NCBI RefSeq assembly: GCF_000150275.1
Contig: NW_002060975.1
Span: forward strand, 128,655-192,654
Source of the DNA: Trichoplax adhaerens
Taxonomy: Eukaryota; Animalia; Placozoa
DNA length: 64,000 nt
Reading direction: 5' to 3'
The notes under the pieces are model-generated. The model was not told the origin of the DNA, did no database searches, and saw only the letters and a program-made list of their open reading frames with translations. Made by a program: the position numbers and the translations under genes. Each line of letters starts with the position of its first letter. Position 1 is the stretch's first letter. Shown here piece by piece: positions 21,795-34,079 of this stretch.

Positions 21795-24700
21795 TCAAAG
21801 AATCGATTGGGTTAACTGTTGCTCATAAAATAAGACGTAAGCTTGCGAACTTTTTACTTCGTTACTTGACACTGGTTGTACCCTAAAATCAACAGTAACA
21901 CAGTTAGTACTCGTTCAATCAACTTACTTATTTACCAATTCATTAATAATTATGTATATCCATATCAAAAATAGATCGGTATTAGATCGCTTTTAAAAAT
22001 CAAGCAAAACCAATTTCTGCATCAACTAACCTGGTATCATTAAACATATACCATGTTTGTGTATGAGGACTTTTACAATAAGCGGTATAATGTCCTCCCA
22101 CAGTACTACCCGAATGGTTAGATATGGCGTACAGGTTGTACTTGCATGATATTGCTATATCATCAATGGTGGTAAGAATTATTTAATTGTAGTCTAGCTA
22201 AATAACTATGTATGACTCTTTTATAGTAACTTTACACCTAGAAGTATGTTATGTTAATAAGAAAGAATTGATTCATATCACATACTAGAAGTAGTACCAG
22301 CAAAGTTCAACAAATCCAATTTATCAATAGGAAAATCTATTAAGGTATTCAGCTTTGTACGATAATGAATCCCAGAGAATCGCTTAAAATCTGGTTTTAT
22401 ATAATAGTAAAGGCTTAATAGACAAATTGAGAGACGAATGAATCACTGACAAATCTACTGAAATGCCATTGCACATTGAAAACTGGAATTAACTTAAACA
22501 TCCGTAGGATACGTATAACCAGGATTTGAGGAAATTTCTGCACGGATAACTTTTTAGTACAGACAGTTTTCGTTTTACATTTCGAACAAGTCTATTATTG
22601 CAAGATAAATGACACCGTAAGAGAACTGTTTTCAAGGCACGGCATGCTTCGTTTTTTGATGTGAATTAATTTACCGGCATATTATCCCCCGATAACGTCT
22701 CTTCGCGAGTGAATAACTTCAAACAATCAAGTAGTGTTATGGTCGAAATCTTATTCACACCAATGCCTGTATCTGAAGTCTAAAAGATTACAATATACGA
22801 TTAAGAATTGATCAAGGATATTCTCTTCATATCAATATTAAGTTAAATATAATCATTTATCATACCTTTGGAATAGGCAGAGATAGATCCCAAAACGGAT
22901 CAAAGGTTACAGATTGATTTTTGCAAACCGTACATTCCAGTGTGCTTTTCAACTGACCTACAAAAAGTTCTATTGATTCGTGCTATCATTAGAATTTAAT
23001 ACTAGTATAACTTTGATCATCAATAGAATAAATAACTACACAATTACATGAAGATGGGGTACATACCTGCAACTTTACTATCATCGGTACTCTTATATAG
23101 CTTCCAACAGTATACGGCTTTATCTTCGGGCCTATAAAGTTGAATTATATTGTTTACTGTTATTACAAAGCTTCCATTAAATATATTAATATATCAAAAT
23201 TTCTTTAATAATCATGTATATGAGTGTACCTATACACACGCGTAGTTACTTACTGTAATTCATCATATTCTTCGGTACTAATAATTTTAGGCTTCTCTCG
23301 ACTATTATGAAGTAAATCCTCATGCAATCCCGCTAAAAGAAAGCGAAGGAACTCCTGTGCATCCTGTTGACTATAACATTAATCAAAGAAGATTAATGGT
23401 TAGCACTATATAGACAGGTTCTTCATTATCAATGCCAAACAACCGTGCCGCTATACTAACCTGTAGCCAACGAATCTTGGGGCAAAACGCTGAATTTGTG
23501 ATTTAAATGTTGCAGGCGATAAAGCAGTTTCTTTGGTATCAGATTTCCACATTGATCTCATTAGAGAAGCATATGCTATAAATCATAAAATCGATAGAAA
23601 CTTTAGCAATAATGTACAACAGCTGTTGTCCTATCCAATCGCTATCAGGACGGAACATTGGAGGCCAACTAGGAAATAGAATGCAGCTGAACATTTACTA
23701 CATAAACAAAATCTGTATACCTTCCATTAGTTTCCCATGCATTGAACTCTTTCCACTTATAAATCGTGAATATGAATTATCGAGAACAAACGAGGTCAAA
23801 GCTTTCGTGTTGCTTAGGCACTGTAGGATAGAGTTCATGAAGCACTATCGAGAGAAGATAATCAATGAAATCTTTTACTAACGGGCCATAATGAAATAGT
23901 AAACTAGTAAATATTTGAGATACTAACCGTGTTCCCTAAATTCTTTAATCCTACAACACCGGCATTACTTCCTGCAATATTTCCTCTAAATGGCTATAAA
24001 ATCACCATTAATTAACATGATTATTCGGCAATGATAATAACAATGGTATTAAATATAATGAGGAATGCGTCGTACTTTCAATTTAATATTGCCTTTATCA
24101 GGTTTCACTTCTTTTGCTGGAGGTAAACCTTTATCGATATCTCCAGTGGATGCAGATATTTTCCTGTTAAATAATCTAATGTAGTAGGCATATTAGAAGT
24201 TATTTACGGCCAGTGACCGAATAAATTACCAATATTATTCTTTCTTTATGTAACTTACCTCTCCTTTAACGAGAAGCTATTCCTCTCTGATGATCTACGA
24301 GAGAAAATGCCTGACAGATTATTAGTCTTCTTGTTACGATTTTCGTCCTTTTCGTTGGTTTGAACTAACGAAGGCGTAGATGATCGTATTGAGCTCGAGA
24401 CTTCCTTCAAGGCGCCACCATTCTTTATCGGATCCACACTGACGCCATTTTCAATCCCATGATGATTATCTGTCGTAGCAATACGAAGGCTGCTGCTACC
24501 TCCAGCAAGAGCAGGAGTTAGGGTATTGATATCAGTATGAGACCGAGAGCGCCTTTTGTCCAAGTTGCTATTTGACGTAGCCGGAGAATTACGCTTCAAA
24601 TCAGTAATTTGGGTTATGATAGCTTTGTTATTTTCCTTCGATATTTTGCCTTTAATGGGTATAGCTTTCAAAGGAGTAGAGGAATTGACGGAACTTGCTC

Positions 24701-25390
24701 GAAGTCGATTAGACTGTATTTTATCTCTAATCATCTTTTCGTTTTTAGTGCTTATGTATCTGTCATGATACGGTAATAACGATACGTTCATATCATTAGT
24801 TAATTAATACATCAATTACAAAACCGACAAGATAACCAACTGATAACATACGTATGATAAATGGTCTGTCCAGAGTAATTTGAAGCAATGGGAAGACTTC
24901 GATTTCCCGATCGGAGATCCACATTGCTATCATCACTCAAACGACGACGACTTTTAGGCATAGGTGGAGGAATCGGTTGGCGGCTACCACGGTATGGTTC
25001 AGCCGAAACTGAATAAATCCTCTGATGTTTACTACCATTGATAACTGTATCTAAGTTTGATACATGAACAGTATAAGTTATCTAACACTGTAAGCTTATG
25101 ATCGATATCAAAGGTAATTCTATAGACGCCTACACGTCTCATTAATATAAATTCAACTCCATGTGTCCAATTCAATAAGAAATCGTATAAATATTTGATG
25201 TAAGTTATAGAGATAAGGGATCAGCATAACAAGCAAAATACTAATACAGCTTATCATAGAACATTGAATATCTTTCATATAAGTATCATCTATACAACCA
25301 ATACCTATTTTCATCATCTATTACAGTTATCACGGTATAGGAGAATAAAATATCAATTTCTATCTTACCTGATATCTTGTTGGTGCTCAT
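21795..25390 (-). CDS. USP2: Ubiquitin carboxyl-terminal hydrolase, USP2/USP21 subfamily, multi-exon, with a Ser/Arg-rich disordered N-terminus
   Basis: Spliced motifs: GLKNLGNT|[13 protein letters not shown] (Cys box), [10 protein letters not shown]|[34 protein letters not shown]...[42 protein letters not shown]...WYMFNDTR (His box), and the end [18 protein letters not shown]. The start exon 25390-25369 (MSTNKIS) is less certain. Confidence 0.92.
22391..22512 (-). other. Candidate U12-type (minor spliceosome) GT-AG intron in USP2
   Basis: Donor GTATCCTAC, branch-like GCCTTTAC about 17 nt before the AG, no polypyrimidine tract. Splicing restores ILVIH-FKRF. Confidence 0.6.
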
Positions 25391-27097
25391 AATGAATGAT
25401 TTCGACTAGGTTAGGACTATCCAATCATCCAATTACCAGGCACAGCGATAATAATTTCGATATAGCAATTTTTAATTCGATACTGATATCTTAACCCATC
25501 GATAACTCAATTTGTATTACAGTCGTTCATGGTTAACTCCTCTTTGACCCAACAAGATCGATATTGCCACGTATGCTACAGTATCTACTGGTTGACTAAC
25601 TTTAATACTCGAATCAAGAATTTATAGACTACCTAACCTAAAGAATGAAGGATGTAAATTTAGTATAAACAAAAATATAGTAATGTACGCATATAATGTA
25701 TTGACTCTATTTCATCTATGGTACAAGAAATGATTTATCACATACGATCATGAATAGTTATAATATACGGCATAGTTCAAGCTAAAACTACTTCCTTCAA
25801 GTTTCAAAGGTAACGTACAATATGCAACTGCAATACTGTAAATTAAACAATATGGCAGTACTATAGACTAGTGCATGAATAATACATTATCTGTATATTT
25901 TTACAATTCACATAATGAGCGAAAAGATAAACATCAATTATTAAAATTCATATACTGTACATGCACCTTTAGACCTTACAGTGTACGCTAAAACCCGCCA
26001 TTTACAGTATACTCACTTCTACCGTTCTGAGATATTAAATTAAGCGTCATCTGTATAAATAATATAATAATTAAATCAGGGAACACTTCTCTTGGATAAA
26101 AAGTCTCTTGAAATTCTTCTATTTTGAGGAGTACTAGTTCGAATCAGAGCAATAGTGCAATATCCTAAAAGTGAGCAACTCGTAAAATTTAAGCTGCAAC
26201 GTTGGGTATACAGTAAATAATTGCGCACTTTTTGTGCTAGTTGCTCCTGCAACTGTAAGCTACCTCCATAAGCTTCTACAGTAGTCTATCGGCAAATTCC
26301 AGCAGTTTATACGATGCTCCTGATTGTTGTTCTGTTTTTTTTTTATAACTAATGTTTATTTTTAACTGTTATAAATATTCAGTAATAGTATTTTCTCAAT
26401 GCGATGCTTAAGAGCACAGTGTACATGCGGTACTTAAATTATGGTGAGTTTCCAGAAGATCTATATCACCACTTTGAAAAAGTGTACACTATATTCAAGT
26501 ATACAATACAAGCAAGGCCAGCTAGGATTTTATGCAGTAAACTACATTTACACTCTAACAAATGGTACAATTGTTACACTTCCTTGCGGTATATCAAATA
26601 TGTGATGTAGTACAGTACTTTCTGAAAGCGTAGATAATTAACAGCTAAAAAAGCAGTTAGGATTTCTTATCGCTTCAATTGCTGCCAAGGCATTATGTCG
26701 TATTACACGTACTGTTTACAGATGATCATACTGGCACACTGAAACTCGTAACTTAGTTCATGAAATGGAAAATACAGTAAATTTTTAATTTCTACTAATC
26801 GCTAGACTTCAGATATATAATTTGCTGACATTTGGATAACAGTACAGTCAGAATTTTCTTATAATCGAGTCAATTAACTGCTCCATTAAAGCGGAACGAC
26901 AATAATTTACCAAATTACAGTCTTCTTAGCAATAAAAATAGGTTAAACAGCCTGTTCTCTTTCTTTGCCATTTACGCCAATTCAGCCTTCATCGCTAAAG
27001 CAGCGAGTTTTTATTAGTGCCTGCTTCCCTGGCTACGGCAGCAGCTGAGTATGTTTCTGATGCTGCTAAGTGCTAACGGTCTACTCCTTAGTTATTA

Positions 27098-27216
27098 GAC
27101 TGTACAGTGTACAGTGTACAGTACAGCGGAATCAACCCCAGTACTGTACTGTACTGTTCAGTACTGGTAACGTACCGTTCTAATGACGGTAGTCAAGGGC
27201 TACAGTACAATACTGT
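27098..27216. promoter_or_regulatory. GTAC/ACAGT motif cluster at the probable USP2 promoter
   Basis: ACTGTACAGTGTACAGTGTACAGTACAG...CAGTACTGTACTGTACTG lies upstream of likely non-coding USP2 exons (splice-like sites near 25617, 25995 and 26262). Confidence 0.5.
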
Positions 27217-27407
27217 AATTTTAACAGACATCGACAGGTGTAAATCAAGTAAAAGTGATCCAGGATATTGCCTTCAAGATGATGGCGCTTGGGCAATAAA
27301 CTCGAGGCCGTTTGTAAAAATGATATGATCTATGGCAGAAACAAAGTCTGCCTCCATTGTAGCATCAATTATTGTGGATTTCGTAGTACTGTATATCTGT
27401 CTTTGCT

Positions 27408-27614
27408 ATATACGCTATGTCAGCAGTTTGTTTGTTTAAAAGACCACCCTAAAACCTGTCCTAAAAGCCGCCGCCCTGTAAAACATTTTACGTGGTTTAT
27501 GGCAGAAATAAAGTCTACCTCAATTGTTATGGATTTGGTAGTGTATTTATCTATGCTACAGTATATATGACATATACGCTGTGTGAGCAGTTTGTTTACA
27601 AGACCGCCCTAAAA
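27408..27614. repeat. Short diverged direct repeat (~45 bp, 160 bp apart) ending in GACCRCCCTAAAA
   Basis: ATATACGCTATGTCAGCAGTTTGTTTGTTTAAAAGACCACCCTAAAA versus ATATACGCTGTGTGAGCAGTTTGTTTACAAGACCGCCCTAAAA. Confidence 0.75.
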
Positions 27615-28819
27615 ATAAGATTATGACCTAGTTTCCTGCGTCCTACAACAGCAGGTGGCAACTTTTATTACCTATTCGCGATGTCTACTGTACTGTACTG
27701 TACGCTGACTGCATCATTTTCATTCTGACTACACTGTAGTACTGTACACTGTACTGTACAGTATCGGATTGCAATGACAGCGAACAGTCATATCAAAAAA
27801 ATAAAATATAAATAATAATAATAATAAATCATAATAACGGACTATGGCGACACGTCGCAAGGAGAAGTTTTAGCTTTGCTAACAATCGACTGCGAACACG
27901 TTAAGGCATCACCAGTTGGAATAATTTAATGGAATAGTTCAATAGTTATGATAATTCAAAGCTATAAGTTAATGTTTTTTCATCAAATAGTTAGCCTAGA
28001 TGCAGTGGAAATTTGTCCTTCACCTGCGTAGCCCTTGAAGCCCAGCAGCAACTACACCAGAACTAATGTACTCTACTACAGTACGGGAATGATAAAGTAC
28101 TCCGAATAAATAACACCTGACTTCAAATTTATACAACAACAGAACGCTTAAAAGTCATGGACAGAAGAGCCTGTATGATTAGGAAATGCAAGAGACTAAC
28201 AATTGTCAGTATGGCAGTATCAAAAATGATTTCCTTTGCCCTTTAACTTGAGAGTAAAGAAGTCAATGTACTGTGTATACGAGGCACCTTTAGGGTTTCT
28301 GTACTAACGTTACTACGATTTAGATTCTGGCTGTAATCATAATTGTGAAGTAAGCTGATGCATCCTGGTAGTCAGTGAAAGTACTAAGGCAAAAAAATAC
28401 AGCACAGTGTAGTCACTAACAACGAAACACGAAATGATGGCTAGACTCTTGTTCACCCATAAGCAGGGGAAGATCGATTCGATCATGTCAATGGTCAAGT
28501 GGCTTATGTCGTCAACACAAGTTGTTATCCTGTACAACAGCTAGTAGAAACAACTTTCAATCTAAAATTAAAGAACTATGTTTTGCATTGCCTTACCTAG
28601 TGATCTATCACCGTATCATGTGGATGGTCAGAGTTTGGCGACCGGCATAAAATCTTTACAAGTCAGAAAATCTCAAAGTGTTGTCTTGCAATCTAGGCAG
28701 AGCGCCATATTTCGAGAATTTCTTATTGTGATTGGGTATGCCGACTGTGTCTGCTGTAAGTCACAGGCGAAAGCTTTTAGCTTCAGTCAAGGACCACTGG
28801 AACCCCGGGGTTCCGCGGT

Positions 28820-29285
28820 CTACAGTACAGTATACTGTAATACTCTACTGTACATTGTACTGTAACTGTGCGCAAAATCTTTTCGTTTTGCGCAATCGTC
28901 AATTTCGAGGGATTGAGTCACTGTCAGTAGGTCACCACTGTGGTGAGTACAGTATGTACTGCGCAAGTGTAGATGTACGATACAGTATTGTTCAGCGTCG
29001 CATCACTCGCTTCGCCGTGGTGCTGTCAACTGTACTGTACACTGTACACTGTACAGTACAGTGTACAGTACAGTAGATGTACACTGTGTACAGTACTGTA
29101 CTGTAAGTACAGTACAGTACTGTAAATTTAGTAGTACTGTACTGCACTGACCTGTAACCTACTGTATGTACAGTGTACAGTACCGTACACCTGGTCAGCA
29201 GTCATTGGTCACGCGCTACTGTACAGTACATTACTGTACCGTCTGTGCACTGTAGTGTACAATGTACACACTGTACATGGTACGG
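28820..29285. promoter_or_regulatory. Largest GTAC/ACAGT/ACTGT cluster, upstream of MRPL17; contains a perfect 19-bp inverted repeat at 29029-29074
   Basis: ACTGTACTGTACACTGTAC-(8 nt)-GTACAGTGTACAGTACAGT plus many further GTAC units. Confidence 0.6.
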
Positions 29286-29736
29286 ACGGACTTGGAGATT
29301 TGCAGGGCCCCGTCTGGTCTGGACCCAGTCTTTAGAACGGAAAAAAGTGTGCGGTACAGTACAGCCAACAGCAGCATTTGAATTGAAGTGTAATCAAACT
29401 GTACCGTCTCTATAGTATAATCATCAATAGGATTGTATGGAGCACCGACTGTATTGGACTCCTGGACTATCCTTGCATGGCAGAGATCTTGGCAGGGCTT
29501 ACTAACTGACAGCGAGCTCAGTCAACCATCAGCAGTTTGCAGACCAAGTTCTTGGTAAAAAATCGTTATTACTGTACTTTGTCGATAGATTTTACAGCTG
29601 CTATAGTCTGCCAATATTAATTTAAAGTTTTTTAAACTGGTGGCTGAAATCTTTTAGGATATCGATTCTTTTCAGTCAATCATTTTACATTTGGATTCAT
29701 TAAACGTATGATACTGTACATGTGGCCTTCTGCATC

Positions 29737-30736
29737 ATGAGGCATGGTAAAAAACTAGCTAAACTAGGCAGAAATAAGTCTGAGAGAAAGCAACTCTTCC
29801 GTAGCTTAGTGGCTGCCCTAATTCGTCATGAAAGGATCGAAACAACTTTAGCCAAAGCGAAAGCAATACAGCCTATAGCTGAAAAGGTAACTTAAATACA
29901 GGACGAGACACACTAGCATTCGGTCTAGATAATTTGATTATTTCCCATACACATTGGTCACTAATATTCTACTGTAACGCACATCTTTCTTCAAACGTTT
30001 CGATCAATCATCTTCAATTCAATTTGAATACCCCAACATTGAACGTAAAATACGATAGCTTTGGCTTCATTTATAAATACTTATAAATATATTCTTGTTT
30101 GCACAGATGATTACCTTAGGAAAAAAAAAGAATAAAGATGCAAAAATCTCTGCATGGAGTTTTTTATATCAGGTAATGCACGCATAGTTTGGGCTTTAGG
30201 CAGACAGCTGAAACGTTCATTTCTTAGACTTAAAAACTAAATACTATGAAAGGGTATATTGACATTGGCTTTGGAATAAATACATTTCGTAGGAGAAAGT
30301 TGTTGTTCCAAAGCTATTTAACGTCTTGGCAGCAAGATATGCCACCAGACCAGGCGGTTATACTCGTATTGTTAGAACACCACCAAGAAAGGAGGATAAT
30401 GCAAAGATGGCCATTATTGAATTCATTGATAACAAATTACCATCACTCAAACCTCCAGAAAATAAGCAGAAACCGGTGCCAAAAAAGCTATTACATGCAG
30501 ATGCGATTAAATCTTGGTTTAAAAAGAAGAAATTAATTGGTAAGCAGGTAGTATATGAGGAAAGTCTTGATTTGCCTTATCCGAAACCAGCACCACCACC
30601 TGAATATGTTAAAGAACTGATCGAGAGTGATGCCGATACTTTAGTAAGAATGACAGCTGAATTAAAGTTGCACGTAAAGATGGCTCAGAAAGATAATGAA
30701 GCGTTACCCAAGCAAATTGGAGAGCAAGATCCCTGA
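29737..30736 (+). CDS. MRPL17: Mitochondrial ribosomal protein bL17m; exons 29737-29886, 30107-30172, 30293-30736
   Basis: Spliced protein [50 protein letters not shown]|MITLGKK...|[44 protein letters not shown] carries the L17 signatures. Both introns are phase-0 GT-AG. There is a C-terminal extension of about 100 aa. Confidence 0.95.
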
Positions 30737-32452
30737 AGAAGATAGCTCCTATGGCATTACTTTTATGAATAACTTGATGGACTCATTAGTAAAATTTAAT
30801 CAGCATATGCGTACAACGTCTAAATGTCATTATTGATGAAGGCCAATTCGGATCATTGCATCCAAATAACTATAATATGACGGAAACGAATCAGAATATG
30901 TCGTCGCAGAAACATCCAACAATAGTCTACTGTTTTATATTTTGAATTTCAACTGAGCTACACGCACGCTAACACATTCAAACTTCGATTGACACAAACG
31001 TAAGATAAACACTATTTCAATTAAAAGTCCGCCAACTGTTTATGAGTCTACAGGGCTATTAGTTAACTGCTAAATTATAATTAATTAAAAGACACGTATT
31101 TGCCAGTATATTATGCAATATCGTTAGTCTTGAATGTTGAAGGTAATGCTAATGCAATTATTACCATTTCCTCCGATATCAGTTCGAAAGACAGCCGTTA
31201 TTCATTGAAACCTATTTTCCTTTGTATAAAGTTTCATCAATCATTTAAAATAGTGGTTGTATACATCAGAAAGTATTTTATATACTGCACGGCATTCGCT
31301 ATGCTAGAAATGATAAATAATAAAGTGAAGTTTAATCTTGGTAACATGCAACACCAAATAATAATCTAAAAAATAACAATCGCGCGTATTGGCCGTTCTT
31401 GAATTTTAAGCTGTGTTAGCATTGACCTGCCTGTACAATGGAAAAATATATAATAAATTTTATTATCTTTTTTACGTTTATTTCACACTGGATTACAATT
31501 CATCAGCTGTTGCATTAAAAGTAGGAATCAGTTGTGTATAATCTGGCAGCGTAAATTATAGTAATGTGTACTAAAAGACATTACAAGCAGTAGAAAGATA
31601 AGCATGTGTTAACTACTAATTAAATTTACCCATTCTAAACGCTCGAATCGATCAATTTTTATAATCAAAATGCATATCGAATTTCAACCGATAATGCTCG
31701 ATATTGCTAGAAGCTTTATTGTTAATATAATGTTTGCTTTCACTCTGAATACTTCTAAGCCCTATCGATTGATTTATACTGTATAATGAGCCTGTAATAT
31801 TATTATAAATTACTATTGATTATACTGCATAGAAGATCGATGGACAGAGTCATATTGACCATACCATATATGTGTAGCCTATCACCAAAATGCTATAGCA
31901 ACCGTACAGATCATTTTATTCTATCACAAAGGATCAGCATAATTAAATATAACTATACCGTCAAATCCTGATTGAACCTTATTACAATAAAATAATAAAA
32001 ATGAATAGTGCTCAAGAATTAGGCTACTGTTGCTTTTACGAATTAATTACAATTTAGTCCTTATTTCATTTATATAACTCTACATTGCTTCAACTAGTAT
32101 AATAATGCTTTTGTTATGAATCTAAATGTAGAACAGCTTAAGTTACACATTAGCGGTAATTTTGGATGTCTACAGGCTTTTAATGCAGTATAATCAAGAC
32201 TTCTAGTGGTCTATCACCGTCTATGACATAATATGGAGAATAAGTTAATTTACTGCTTTTGTAAACGTACTTTAGTTCAAGCTATTTATAGCAATTCTTC
32301 CATATACGAAGATAAATTGGAGCATCTATTTCGATAGCTTTGTCAAAAGAATTTCTTGCTTACTAATTGGATGTTCGCGATATTTTGCTGCAATATAATA
32401 TATAGGAGATCTTTTTCCGATAGATTCTTCATTGACAGCTCTCTTCACTACG

Positions 32453-33676
32453 ATGGATAACGCTGATTTTATATCTTCATGTGCCCACATTATGGATGAT
32501 TTTAATATTCTTTCAAGATTTTATATCATAGCGTTTGTGTATTCGTTGATATTATCAGCATTTGATACAGCTTCAGATACATTTTATTTATCAAATTTAA
32601 TTAAATTATCTGAAGAGTATGAAGCAACTAACTTGTTAGTTAATCAGAGCAAATCTATTATTGATTTTTCATATCAGTTAAGTAATTCAACGTATTGCGA
32701 TGAAGTTTTTAATATAAATGAATTAATGCACTACTTTCGATCTGGTTTTTACTTTTATCTTGTCTTGTATAGTCTTTCCATCATGATAGGCATAACTGGA
32801 TGTCTTTATTTATATTTAATCTTATTCCGATTTCGTGGTATGCGATCGGAACGCCTTACTGTAATCGGTTTAATACTGAAATCGATGCCAATAGTATTAC
32901 AGGATATGCCAGAGATTTTATTAATGATCCATTTTGCCAATATTAGAAGTAATAATGATGGATTTGGCTGTTTTAAATGCCGCCGACTGAATAATTGCCA
33001 TATTGCTCAGGAAAGATTATTCGAAAATCCCATCGATGTTACAATTCGTTATTATATGATTGGAATCCACAGCTTTTCTTACGGCACTTTGTTAACGTAT
33101 CAGTTGTGGTCAGTCTTTATCCGAAAATTTAAAGAAGAAAGTTCCATGTCATCGGTAATTAATCAACCGGCTAATAATCTCTCTCGCGCTAATACTCCTG
33201 TCAGTAGTTTTAGCATACTTCAAGATTATCTGTGGTGCTGCTGTATCTGGTTTTGCATTAAACCAATTCTTAAATCGAACAAATTTATTAGTCGATTGTC
33301 CTCAATTGGTATTGCTTTCTTAGGTGGTGCTATCTGCTTGCTTATGACATATACTCCAGCATTTATAGCTATCGTGTTTTTACACTCTTCGTTTAATATT
33401 AATTTCATTTTCATCGGCGAAAGTTTTACAAATGACACTATTACGCTAGTATTATTAATAATTTGTTTGCTATTATGGTTTCTTGTGATAGCTATTCTTG
33501 TTCTAGTTACTTACAGAAAATGTCAAAGTTGGATTCAATTTTTGTTATCATCATCGTTGATTATCCTATTTCAGCCTATTCTATTAATATTAACCTTAAG
33601 TTATCTTCTTTATGAGCTTGGATATGGAAAAACAATTGATAACCCAAAAGCGCAAGAACAAACATTGTCACAATAA
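32453..33676 (+). CDS. Intronless multi-pass membrane protein (~407 aa, about 7-8 hydrophobic segments), loosely XK-related/TMEM26-like; family uncertain
   Basis: Long ORF in AT-rich DNA, first ATG at 32453. Hydrophobic helices, with motifs AFDTASDTFY and LQDMPEILL reminiscent of the DxxxD and (Q/E)DxP motifs of XK/TMEM26-type proteins. Loop after TM1 has N-glycosylation sequons (NQS, NST). Confidence 0.75.
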   Translation: MDNADFISSCAHIMDDFNILSRFYIIAFVYSLILSAFDTASDTFYLSNLIKLSEEYEATNLLVNQSKSIIDFSYQLSNSTYCDEVFNINELMHYFRSGFYFYLVLYSLSIMIGITGCLYLYLILFRFRGMRSERLTVIGLILKSMPIVLQDMPEILLMIHFANIRSNNDGFGCFKCRRLNNCHIAQERLFENPIDVTIRYYMIGIHSFSYGTLLTYQLWSVFIRKFKEESSMSSVINQPANNLSRANTPVSSFSILQDYLWCCCIWFCIKPILKSNKFISRLSSIGIAFLGGAICLLMTYTPAFIAIVFLHSSFNINFIFIGESFTNDTITLVLLIICLLLWFLVIAILVLVTYRKCQSWIQFLLSSSLIILFQPILLILTLSYLLYELGYGKTIDNPKAQEQTLSQ

Positions 33677-33891
33677 GAAAATCGGTACAGTAATTTGCTT
33701 CTTACAAAAATGTGATATGATTTTTTCTCTTAAGCATCATAATAATTTCATGATATTGTTTGATATCAATTTTATTTGACATCAAGGATGTACAGTATAA
33801 TTGTGTGCCATGTTAACAATAAGAATTTTCGAAGAGATATGTAATTACACCCGTAATCAATGGAGAAATACTGGATACTGCACTGTGTAGA

Positions 33892-34079
33892 GTACAGCTT
33901 AAGCCGTCATTTACGCGTATATCATCCATGTTTATCCAATTTGGATCCCGTGACGTAATGTGGAATTAATCTTAATTTTACATGTGTACAGCTTAAGCCG
34001 TCATTTACGCGTATATCATTCATGTTTATCCAATTTGGATCCCGTGAAGTAATGTGGAATTAATCTTAATTTTACATGT
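33892..34079. repeat. 94-bp perfect-length tandem duplication (2 copies, about 2 mismatches)
   Basis: GTACAGCTTAAGCCGTCATTTACGCG...AATCTTAATTTTACATGT begins at 33892 and again at 33986. Confidence 0.95.

Noticed and set aside
28416-28708. Minus-strand frame from ATG 28708 with five TGA and no TAA/TAG if spliced (multi-Sec protein or TGA=Trp insert)
   Set aside because: Depends on a chosen acceptor, resembles no selenoprotein or mitochondrial protein I recognise, and no SECIS was identified. Probably chance.
28732-29415. Tyr/Cys/Thr/Val-rich ORFs here and at 18543-20095, 27107-27570 and 34721-35030
   Set aside because: They are translations of GTAC-rich clusters or the minisatellite, which happen to lack stop codons.
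29737-30736. Bacterial rplQ contamination
   Set aside because: Two canonical spliceosomal introns, a C-terminal extension and animal flanking genes.
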